A DNA stretch of 64,000 nucleotides from Octopus sinensis (taxonomy: Eukaryota), in NCBI RefSeq assembly GCF_006345805.1, contig NC_043018.1, positions 26,536,001 to 26,600,000 of the forward strand, given 5' to 3'. Positions 52,090 to 63,667 of this stretch are shown piece after piece. How positions within the stretch are numbered: the first letter of the stretch is position 1; each line of letters starts with the position of its first letter. The notes below the pieces were generated by a model. The model saw only the letters and a program-made list of their open reading frames with translations. It made no database searches and was not told where the DNA came from. The translations under genes and the position numbers were made by a program.

Positions 52090-52546
52090 GGCAGCAAGCT
52101 GGCAAAATCGTTAGCAAAATACTTAGTGGCATTTCAAACATCTTTACATTCTGAGTTCAAATTCCGCCAAAGTGAACTTTGCCTTTCATCCTTTTAGAAT
52201 TGGTAAAATAAAATAACATTCCAGTACTTGCATCAATGAAGTCAACTTGCCCACTCCCTTCAAAATTGCTGGCCTTGTGTTAAAATTAGAAATATTATTA
52301 TTATTATTATTATTGAGTGAGATTATTGTTATTATTCTTAGGCAAGCTGGTGGAATCATTAACATACCAGACAAATTGCTTAGCAGCATTTTGGGTCCTA
52401 ACATTCTGAGTTCAGATTCTACCAAGGTTCACTTTACCTTTCATTATTTTAAGGTCGGTAAAATAAACACCACTGGGAGGGGATGGGTAATTGACTTGCA
52501 CCCACCCCCACTGAATTTGCTGGCCTTGTGCCAAAATTTGAAACTA

Positions 52547-52601
<55 letters not shown>

Positions 52602-52810
52602 GGCAGTGAGTTGGCAGAATTGTTCGCACACTGGACAAAATGCTTGGCGGTATTTCATCTGTCACTATGTCCTGAGTTCAAATTCCACTGTGGTTGACTT
52701 TGCCTTTCATCTTTTCGGGGTCGATAGATTAAGTACCAGTTAAACACGGGCGATGATGTAATCGACTATTCCCCTTCCACGAATTCCAGGCCTTGTGCCT
52801 ATAGTAGAAC
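52090..52810 (+). mobile_element. Cluster of three same-family SINEs separated by (ATT)n tracts
   Basis: Three AGGCAG...CTGG..GAA...CTGAGTTCA.ATTC...CCTTTCAT units. Confidence 0.75.
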
Positions 52811-52827
52811 AGATTATTATTATTATA

Positions 52828-52865
<38 letters not shown>

Positions 52866-53997
52866 GATTATTATTATACACCAGATAGTGGGATATATTT
52901 TTATTGAATTGATACTGTTGCTGTGAACAAAATGATATTCGTTTTTTTACTAAAATTTTGGTCAAGCTCCAATGACTGCACTTGCTCTCAGATGATGTTG
53001 ATGATGGTGTTATGTGCGCGCGCGCGTGTGTGTGTGTGTGTGTGTACATGTGTGAACATAAATTCTTTCTGATATTTCTTGTACCTCTTTTACTCATGTG
53101 CCAACATTTTGGTTACAAATTCTCTCATATAGATGTTATAACTTACATTATTCTCTTTTTATATTCTTCTAAAATAGATAAAGATATCTTTCTTCATTCA
53201 ATTCTCCTTTATTTTAAACATTTAACCTGTCAGCATCCAGATTACATTGTCAAATGTAATGCTTATTTTATTTATTCACGTTGTTTTGAATTAATCATGC
53301 ATTATCTCATAGCTTCGAGATTTTGATGATGTGATAATTCATTTTTAGAATGGCATTGTAGAGTAGGTGTGAGAGGCCAAATCTGGCTGGTTAGAACATA
53401 AAACAGGTAGAAAATTTGGGTTGGACATGCTGGCTTAATTGCTAAAGAGTTAATTTTTTTCTTATGGTTTATTTTATGAGTCAGGCATTCTCTTCAAATT
53501 CTTATTCAAACACTTTTTTCTTAAATTACATATTTGGATGTTAAAATTCATGTCTTTTGTCTTTTGGAGTTTTTTTTTTTTTTGTTTTGTTTTTTTCATT
53601 CTGTTTTATTTTACAAATTTCTTTCTTAGAAAAAAGTGAACAAAAATATACAAATAAAAATAATCAATAAATAAATAAAACAATCATACAAACACTGTGA
53701 TTCCTGAATATCACTTTTGTGTTTCATTACTATACACACAATCATAAATATATATGTATGTTTATACATATATACGTACATACAGATATATATATATGCA
53801 TATATACACACAAATATTTACATACATGTATACATATATTTATATATACATATATGTGTCTACATATATTTATATATTTACATATACACACATGTATATA
53901 TGTATATGTATATATATTTGTCTTCAGTGATGGAAGCAGTATTAGTTCAAAATTGCATTCTGTATACCTTACTTAATGTGCATACACAAAATGGTAC

Positions 53998-54030
<33 letters not shown>

Positions 54031-54071
54031 TACTTATTCATACATACATATATGTATACATACACACACAT

Positions 54072-54107
<36 letters not shown>

Positions 54108-54183
54108 CATTGATTTTTACATATGAATATGTTTATACGTAGATATACACACACATATACACATATATGTATATACATTTCAT

Positions 54184-54222
<39 letters not shown>

Positions 54223-54600
54223 TGACATATAGTATGTTATTCACTTGATACCATTGCTAAGTACTTCATGAAAAGAAAACAAACAAAAAAAGTCAAACAA
54301 ACAAAATTAAAAAAAAAAACAATAAAAAACAACAACAACCTTTACAAGTGGTTAAATTGCTTGACTGTTTCTGCTGGCTGTGTTTTATAAGAAGCTTTGA
54401 ATGAAAACAAAATTCTTTATAAACCTCTTCCTATGCACACTTGTCTCTCGCTTCTTCATATCGTCTAATTTTGACCTTTTTCAATGGCGTTTTACACATT
54501 TTCTGCTGGTATTTGATTCAGGGCCCGTAGGTTGAACAAATTCAACCATTGCCCCCAAAGGGGCAAATTTCAGAATATTTTCGTCAATATATTTTCCTTT

Positions 54601-54637
<37 letters not shown>

Positions 54638-55514
54638 TATTCTCTCTCTTAGTCTCTCTCTCTCGTTCATTCTCTCATCCTCTCTTCCTCTCTCATTCTC
54701 TCTCCTCTTCTCTGTCTCTTTCTCTCTCTACTACTACTACTACTGCATTGATCTAGCTATCTATCTATCATAAAGCCTAAAAAATATACTACATGTGTTG
54801 TACACATGTATTTTTCTAATTAATAATAATCAGATATTAGGCTGTTGTATTTTTAAAAATTAGTTAATTAATTAACTTGTAACATAATTTTCTTTCTCAT
54901 AAAAATGCTTAAAGTTTTTTTTTTATTTAAAAGATGAAACAATTCCATTTTACTTTTGTTTTCAAAAATAACAAAAATTCAAACAGAGTGAAATTACTAA
55001 TTTATATTTATTTATAAATAATATTTATAGCATTGCTAATAAATGAGAGTAATTATCTAATTACTATCCGTAATTATTCATCTGGTTTTTATTTATTTTT
55101 ACTCATATTCAAGAAAAAGCAAAATATCTATGATAATAGCATATTTCATTATAGTAAAAGAATATATCTTTTTGATGAAAGGAAAAATAAATGGTGTGTT
55201 GCTTTCTATTCTTTAGAGTTTAACATCCATTTAATCATTCCACTGACTTTTGAAATGGTTTGGTATGACTAAGATCTCATTATTAGGTTACTATTGTTTA
55301 TGTTTTGTTAGTTGTTTTTGAATATATATATATAGATGATATATATATATATGTGTGTGTGTGTGTGTATGTGTGTGTACACATATATATATGCATACAT
55401 ATATATCATGTACATATATATATTATATATATATATATATACATGTATATCATATATATATAATATATATCATATATATATATATGTGTATACATATATA
55501 TATGCATATATATC

Positions 55515-55547
<33 letters not shown>

Positions 55548-55563
55548 TATGAATATATATATA

Positions 55564-55597
<34 letters not shown>

Positions 55598-55644
55598 ATA
55601 TATATATATATATTATATATATATATATTATATATATATATATA

Positions 55645-55679
<35 letters not shown>

Positions 55680-55777
55680 TAGTATATTTATTCTTTATTT
55701 AAAAAGAAAGGTATTTTTTGTTTAGGGTAAGTCTTTTAAATCGAAATAATTCCTGCATCATTCTATCTTTGTATGTT

Positions 55778-55811
<34 letters not shown>

Positions 55812-56307
55812 GCTGTTAGTCAGACTAATTGTTTCCAAACAACTGCTGTAGTATCAAGTAAAAAAAAAAACAAGTTTGGTTAACGGTGTGTATTGAGATA
55901 TTGATGCTAGACTGAGCAAGTGAGGTGTTGCTAATGTGCCATGTTGGCCTTTTATTCTTGTATCTACCAATTGTCTTGTACAGTTTTCATCTCTATTATT
56001 TTCTTGTTCAATAAACAGTAAATTGTTTTGATAATTTATTAAAATTATAAACATTGTGTGTATTCCAATCTCTGCTATACCACTGCTTTTAATTCTGTGA
56101 AAACGATTGAGAAAAAAAAAATTGCCAAAAAACAAAACAAAAGAATCATAATTCTTGCAAAAACAAGATGGGCGAGATATTATCTTTTGGCTTTTTTTTT
56201 TCAACGATGATGCAATTTGCATATTTTCTTGCTGGTATTTTGATTCAGGACCCATTCATTGCACAAATTCGAGCATTACTCCAAAGGGTAATTTCAGAAT
56301 ATTACAT

Positions 56308-56530
56308 TAAGTTAAGCCAAGTTAAGTTATTTTTTGGCTCAAAAAGCAAAAAGCAAGGCCATGTAGGGGGACATGGAGTTATGTACAGGGAGGGTGTTCA
56401 TGCAAAGAGTTCAGGCCATTTCTGGTCAAGAGAGACTTTGAACCGAGCGGTCGTCGGCATCTTCACTATCTCGTCCGGCAGCTTATTCCACGGATCCGCA
56501 ACCCGGACGGAGAAAGCCCCTCTCCTTCGA
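56308..56530 (-). mobile_element. CR1-type LINE 3' end
   Basis: Minus strand RRRGAFSVRVADPWNKLPDEIVKMPTTARFKVSLDQKWPELFA* (FSxRVxxxWNxLP...FKxxLD), a short 3' UTR and a (TAACT)n-like tail. Confidence 0.85.
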
Positions 56531-56719
56531 TATATCCCATTATCTGGCTGATTGTTGGGGCAACACTGATGCCCTTACAACCAGATCCTTCCACCCATCT
56601 CTGTCTTCTGCTTCTCACACTGTGCCTCTCATCTTTAGGCGTGTTCACTCACAGATGTTGTTTTCCCGCCTCTTTCTCTGTCTGATCCATTGGACAGAAT
56701 TTTGCTCAGATTTCTATAA

Positions 56720-56898
56720 CCACGAAACAAAAAGAAACACTGATAAATTGAATGTCCCACCAACAGCAGACACAGACAGCTTCCCCATTCTAAGAAAAGA
56801 AGTGGTTGAGTCATTAAAGAAAGGTAAATCAGCAGGGGTGGTCACCATCCAGCTGAGCTAGTGCAGCCAGGGGAAGAGGCCAAGGTGAATGCACTCCT
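56720..56898 (+). mobile_element. RTE-clade LINE ORF fragment (region just upstream of the RT domain)
   Basis: PILRKEVVESLKKGKSAGVVTI followed, after a frameshift, by AELVQPGEEAKVNAL. This matches the EV...LK.GK..G.D.IPAEL motif. Confidence 0.65.
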
Positions 56899-59875
56899 TC
56901 ATCATCATCATCGTTTAGCGTCCATTTTCCATGCTAGCAAGGGTTGGACGGTTCGACCGGGATCTGGGAAGCCAAAAGGCTGCACCAGGCCCAGTCTGAT
57001 CTGGCAGTGTTTCTACAGCTGGATGCCTGTGAGTGTAGTGGGTGCTTTTTACGTGCCACCGGCACAGGTGCCAGGCGAGGCTGGCAACGACCACGATCGG
57101 TTGGTGATTTTTACGTGCCACCAGCTCGGAGGCCAGTCGAGGCGGCGCTGGCAACGGCCACATTCAGATGGTTCTTTTACGTGCCACCAGTACTGGTATC
57201 ACAACTACAATTTCCATTGATTTTTGATCAATTGTAATATGTCATAGGATTTCAGAATATTTTCATCAATATTTTTCCCTTTTAAACAGCTGGACTCGAG
57301 TAGATTATGCAATCGTGGGATTGCACCCAGAAAATTACCTCCCAGGCACAAGTCCAGGCAAGGTTGTTTATGGAAGACCAGCAGTCGCCCATGCATACCG
57401 ACCTCCCCTCTCCACACCACCAGTGTTATCCAAGGGAAAGACAAAGGTCAATACAGCTTGGCACCTGTGACATCACAACTCATTTCTACAGCTGAGTGAA
57501 CTGGAGCAACATGAAATAAAGTGTCTTGCTCAAGAACACAACACGCAGCCCTGTCCGGGATTCGAACTCACAACCTCATGATCGTAAGCTTGACGCTCTA
57601 ACCACTGAGCCATGTGCCTTCACACACATACATATTTATTTATATATATATCACCGTCACCATGACCGACCAGGCTATCAAATGTTGCTACACATCGCTG
57701 GTCACAATGCGCTTCACATTGTTTTAGACTTCAAATGATGCCACCCCGCTGGTTAAGCGAACAGGTCAACAGAAGAAAGAATGAGAGAAAGTTGTGGAGC
57801 ATTAGGTGTTTTCGCTCAATAAACACTCACAACGCCCAGACTGGGAATTGAAACTGCGATCCTACGACCGCGAGTCCACTGGGCCATTATATATATATAA
57901 TGGCAATTATGTGAATATATAAATTAGATACTTAATACCCCTGATTGTGCTTTCACAATGCTAAACCTGCCCCTTTTTTTTTAGACATGAACTCGCCGGG
58001 AAGCATCTGGCCAAGCATATGAAATGTTCTGTTGGTAGTCAACACCCATAGGTAACAGTTGCATACTGTCCTTCTCTTCCAGATTGTGAAAACTTATCAT
58101 AATGTTTGATCTAAATACAGTGAAATTTTAAGACTTCATTTTTTATAGGCGTTCATGGGTTAACCCTTTTGTTACTAACCCGGCTGAAACCAGCTCTTGC
58201 TCTGTGGTAAAATGTCTTGTTTTCATAAGTTTTTAATTAAAATCTTCCACCAATCCTTAGTCAAAGTTTACCTTCCTAACACTAACTGAATGATAACTAA
58301 GTTATTTTACTAAATTCTTTGTTATATTTAAAATAATTGAAAGAAACACAGAGTATCTCAGAATAAATACAGTAATGAAAGGGTTAAATATAAATTTATT
58401 AAATGTAATAGTTTGGGTGTGAAATACAAAATATGTATATTTATATACATACAAAATGAGAGAAAGCAAAAAGTGGAGACTGATGATTTTTTAAGAATAA
58501 ATATATAGGTATTTATATTAATAGGTCCAGCTTACACAGAATACAAATGATAGTGAAAAATTAAAGGGGTACAAGAAAGGTTTTATAAGTCCAACAACTG
58601 TTTCTGGGGGCTCAGAGATCCATAATGATGATGTTGGTAGATGTAGTTTATCACAATATGCAACCATATAGATGAAATTAACCCTGGATGAGATGAGGAT
58701 CCATCTTCAGAGTAGAGAAGATCTTGCATTGCAGAGAACTTCAATATACATACATAATGTGTTTGTTTGTGTATACTTTTATCTAGACATCATGTGATGG
58801 TTATAAATGAGTGACAATGTCATACAAGTGAAGTTGTTCATTTCCAGTCTTCCATATGAAACATACCTAGTCATAGAGAAATATTACTTTACCAGAAACA
58901 GGTGAGTGTCAGCGACAGGAAGGGCATCCTGTTGTTAGGTGTTGGAAAATATGCCTGCCTTTACAAATTTCATCTGACCTATGCAAGCATGAAAAAATGG
59001 ACATTGGGCCTTCAGCATTTAAACCGGACATACCCAGCCAAAATGTTCTACCTGTCCTATGTTCAAACTAGCCGGATTTCCAGATTTGACCTCTTGCACC
59101 TAACCTAAAGTTATTCGAAAAAGTATAGTAGAAGGCTATGGTAGAAGCCACTAGCCCATGGTGCCACAGTGTGGAACTGAAACTAGAACCATGTAGTTGG
59201 GAAACAAGCTTCTTACCACACACAGTCACCCCTGTGCCATGGTGGTATAAACAATACATCATTGAAATTTCAAAGCTACAAGTAAGGCATAATTAATTGA
59301 AAGCAATGTGGCCTTTGATGATATGCCTGTGTAGACCTGTCAAGTCAAGTATGACCACAGCTGTGGCCAATGTCAATGCTAGGTCAATGGTACCTGTGCC
59401 AGTGGCACGTAAAAAGCACCCACTACACTCTTGGAGTGGTTGGTGTTAGGAAGGGCATCCAGCCATAGAAACCTTGCCAAATCTGATTGGAACCTGGTGC
59501 AGCTTCCTAGCTTAGCAGTTTTCAGTCAAAGCATCCAACCCATGCCAGCATGGAAAACGGACATTAATTGGTGATGATGTGAATAACCAAGCATTTCATT
59601 TGACAGAAATAACCTAAACACTGAAGGGACGAATGACAACGATAGTGATGCTGGATCCATATTTGGTTAGTAGTAAGTTCAGAGCTATTTACATTGGCAA
59701 TCATCATCCTTGTGCGACTGACAAAATATTGTGGACAGGGTTGGGGAGTAAAAAAAAAAAATTCACTCAGTTGGAAATGAGGGAGAAAGGAGAGGTGTTG
59801 GGAAAATAGAAACAATGTTTGAATCCTCTCACTGACCCACAAATATCAGAAACAAAACTGGGTACAGGTCTAGAA

Positions 59876-60799
59876 CAGTGGTTTCCAAACTGTGGTCCAT
59901 GGACCCCTGGTGGCCTGCAAAGGTAATACTGGGGGGTCCGTGAACTAAATTCAAAATTTCATATATATATATATTATATATGTGTGTGTGTGTGTTATGC
60001 AGGCATAAGTTACAGGTGTTCAAGCCCTCTAAGGGATAAATGTATCCAAAGGCACTCGTGGTAAGTACCTCAGTAAGTATGATCCTTGGTATAAGGTATA
60101 CGGCAGCAGGTAACTTAACGAGTAAACCATAGTTTAATTGTCTATATATACATGTGTATATAAAGGGAAAGTTTACGAAAATAAACAAAAGACGAAGGCA
60201 GGTGGAGTACAAACAAACAATGTATTAGTATAGCGCTCAAGAATAGAAAAAGTCTTTTACGTTTCGAGCCTATGCTCTTCGACAGAAAGATACACAGAAA
60301 AAAACAAGGAGAGAAAAAAATGCGTGTAGGAGCTAACGATCTATCATAGCATCCTGACTTTGGATATGTGTGTGTGTGTGTATGCAGGCATAAGTTACAG
60401 GTGTTTAAACCCTCTAAGGGATAAATGTATCCAAAGGCACTCGTGGTAAGTACCTCAGTAAGTATGATCCTTGGTATAAGGTATACGGCAGCAGGTAACT
60501 TAACGAGTAAACCATAGTTTAATTGTCTATATATACATGTGTATATAAAGGGAAAGTTTACGAAAATAAACAAAAGACGAAGGCAGGTGGAGTACAAACA
60601 AACAAATGTATTAGTATAGCGCTCAAGAATAGAAAAAGTCTTTTACGTTTCGAGCCTATGCTCTTCGACAGAAAGATACACAGAAAAAAACAAGGAGAGA
60701 AAAAAATGCGTGTAGGAGCTAACGATCTATCATAGCATCCTGACTTTGGATATGTGTGTGTGTGTACATAAGGATAGAAAATATTAAAAGGGGCCACTG
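59876..60799. mobile_element. hAT/Charlie-type MITE with an 8-bp TSD, hosting the 385-bp tandem repeat
   Basis: GTCTAGAA-CAGTGGTTTCCAAAC...GGCCACTG-GTCTAGAA (TSD at 59868-59875 and 60800-60807, the typical NTCTAGAN target). Confidence 0.85.
59996..60750 (-). repeat. Head-to-tail dimer of a 385-386-bp unit, each unit with one minimal hammerhead-like motif (60253-60290, 60639-60676)
   Basis: Units start at 59996 and 60381 and are separated by (TG)n. Minus-strand motif TCTTT-CTGTCGA-A-GAGC-ATAG-GCTC-GAAA-CG-TA-AAAGA. Confidence 0.8.
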
Positions 60800-60868
60800 G
60801 TCTAGAAGATAAACACATCAAAACCATTCTATGTCCCTGCCTTAAGCCCAGCCACCAACCTTTAAGAG

Positions 60869-61530
60869 CAGAGGTTTTCAACCATCTTTTTTCCTATGGA
60901 TCTCTTTGATTCTTAGCTTACTCGGATGGACCCTCATAGCCAGTTGATGTTTCAAAAATCCCATTACATTTGTGTAATTAAATATCGTGGGGACGCTGCA
61001 ACGGATAGTATCAGAGCTATGCCGTTGTGAACTTCGGTTCCTGGTAGGGCCACCCAAGGCAGATTGGTCTGACACCGAGTGGTATTAGGGCCACAACCCG
61101 GCAGACGGGGCTCTGGTGAAAATCCTCGGAGTGTCTGTTTTGGCAACCAGCGGCTCCTCGGTCGTTCTGTCCCTGCGTCTGCGGACAATCTGCGGCAAAC
61201 AGGATGTCTCTACATGTGGGATTGTTGGGGACCGCTTGTCAAATCAACATATTCCCACGAAACTTCTTCCATGAATTCTCAATGACGAATACAATGCCTC
61301 GAGGGTGGTGGAAGAAGCTGACTCAACCTGCCCAGGGTGAATGTCACCACAAGTACAAGTAAGTAAGTAAGAAACTGTATTAAAAAAATTGTTAAAACAT
61401 TTTGTGTATTGTAGAAGTGTAACCAATTTATTGCAGATAGATTTTAACAAAATCTTATGCTGGCCCCCAAGGGTCATATAGACCTATCCACTTCTGCAAG
61501 GGCCATATGGACTCTGGTTGAGAACCACTG
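60869..61530. mobile_element. hAT/Charlie-type MITE interrupted by an RTE-derived insert
   Basis: CAGAGGTTTTCAACC ... GGTTGAGAACCACTG termini. Confidence 0.7.
60986..61371 (+). mobile_element. Short non-coding RTE derivative (5'UTR-like segment joined to a (GTAA)n tail)
   Basis: GAGCTATGCCG...CCTGGTAGGGCCACCCAAGGCAGATTGGTC resembles RTE (BovB/Expander) 5' UTRs as recalled. It ends in AAGTACAAGTAAGTAAGTAAG and is GC-rich against its flanks. Confidence 0.6.
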
Positions 61531-61844
61531 TTTTAAGGCATTGGTAGCATGAAGGGCATACAGCCCTAAAATCTAGTTCACGCCAATTAAGTTGGCATCA
61601 CTTGTCTTATAAAAAAAAAACGAAAAAACTTGTGATGCAAATGGTTGTTTTGAAAATAAAGAGCAGAACATTGTTTGAGAGATATTACTCTTTTACTCTT
61701 TTACTTGTTTCAGTCATTTTGACTGCGGCCATGCTGGAGCACCGCCTTTAGTACTTATTCTATCGGTCTCTTTTTTGCCGAACCGCTAAGTGACGGGGAC
61801 ATAAACACACCAGCATCAGTTGTCAAGCAATGCTAGGGGGACAA

Positions 61845-61875
<31 letters not shown>

Positions 61876-63466
61876 CATATATACGACAGGCTTCTTTCAG
61901 TTTCCGTCTACCAAATCCACTCACAAGGCATTGGTCGGCCCGGGGCTATAGCAGGAGACACTTGCCCAAGATGCCACGCAGTGGGACTGAACCCGCAACC
62001 ATGTGGTTGGTTAGCAAGCTACTTACCACACAGCCACTCCTGCGCCTATATATAGGAAAAGAAAAAGTTTGGTTTTAATTGAAACAATTCCAAAGTGAAG
62101 TAAATAGATGGACAGGTGGCAGAGTCATTAGCATGATGGACAAATGTTTGGTGGATTTTTCTTCTGTTTCTTTATGTTCTGAGTTCAAATCCCACTGAGA
62201 TTAATTTTGCCTTTCATCCTCTCAGGGTTTATAAAATAAAGAAATGTTGCTAAGCATTTTGTTCAGTTTTTCAATGATTTTGCCAGCTTGCTGCCTTAAT
62301 AATAATAATAATAATAACAATAATGGCTTCAAATCTTGTGACAAGGGCTGCAGTTTTGGGGTCAGAGATAAGTCGATTACATCAACCCCAGTTTTCATGG
62401 GTACTTAATTTATCGACCCCTAAAAGGATGAAAGGCAAAGTACCAGTCAAGTATGTCAGCAATTGTACCCTTCTCTCAAAATTGCTGGCCTTGAAAATGG
62501 TGCCAGTCTATCACAGGGTGACTCATCTGTAGCTGAGTGGACAAGAGCAATGAAGTGTTTTGCTCAAGAACACAAATCACTGCCCACTCCAGGAATCAAA
62601 TCCACGATCATCTTATGCAACACCCTAACCACTGGCCCACGTGTACTTTTATTTCAGCGGGCCCAGAAGGATGAAAGGCACTGTTGACCATGGCAGGATT
62701 TGAACTCAGGATAAACACTACATGGTGCTAAGTCCCATGCTCAAACAACTCCTTAATTAAATCTGAAATTGACCTCGATTGGATTTGAACTCAGAACATA
62801 AAAAAGTGGAGCAAATACTGCATTCATTTATCTTTTTATTCCATCATTTGACTGCAGCCATGCTCGAGCACCACCTTTATTCAAACAAATTGACCCCAGG
62901 ACTTATTCTTTGTAAGCCTGGTACTTATTCTATTGGTTCCTTTTGCTGAACTGCTAAGTTACGGGGGATGTAAACACACCAACATTGGTTGTCTAACGAT
63001 TGTGGAGGGACAAACACAGACACACAAATACACACATACATACATATATATATATAATATATATATATATTATATATATATACAAGTGAGTGGACAAATG
63101 AACAAAGGACATTCAACCAATTTATTGGAAGTTACATGTATAGGTCAAAACAGTTTGATTCAAATTCACTGCTACTCTTGAGTTTCAAGCATGATGCTAG
63201 TCATCAGCCATTTTGAATTTTTAATGAGAGAACTTAATTGTTATTATTGTAAGGTGGGCTGCAATTGGTTGAGGAAGGTCATGTGGTGTATCCATATATA
63301 TATATATATATATATATATCATCATCATCATTTAGCGTCCGCTTTCCATGCTAGCATGGGTTGGATGGTTCAACTATATATATATATATATACACACACA
63401 CTGAAGTAAGCACATAAATGTGAAACAAGGTGGACAAAAGAGTACTCAAATACCAGAGGTAGAGTA

Positions 63467-63628
63467 ATATACTTTATTTAAAAGCAGCAGATATGTAGCA
63501 AAAGCTGTTACTCGGAGTTTCCCGTTCCCGTTCATCGGACAGTCTTTTTTTAACAAAACTGTCCGATGAATGGGAATGTGAAACTCCGAGTAACAGCTTT
63601 TGTTACATTTCTGCTGCTTTTAAATAAA

Positions 63629-63634
<6 letters not shown>
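63467..63634. ncRNA. Inverted repeat (77-bp arms) with a minimal hammerhead-like motif in each arm (63504-63543 -, 63558-63597 +)
   Basis: Plus: ACTGT-CCGATGA-ATG-GGAA-TGT-GAAA-CTCCGAG-TA-ACAGC. Minus: ACTGT-CCGATGA-ACG-GGAA-CGG-GAAA-CTCCGAG-TA-ACAGC. Confidence 0.75.

Positions 63635-63667
<33 letters not shown>

Noticed and set aside
54360-54600. Possible minus-strand exon (ENIDENILKFAPLGAMVEFVQPTGPESNTSRKCVKRH*)
   Set aside because: No pyrimidine tract on that strand, and a diverged, frameshifted paralogue at about 56200-56303/57249 indicates a repeat rather than a gene.
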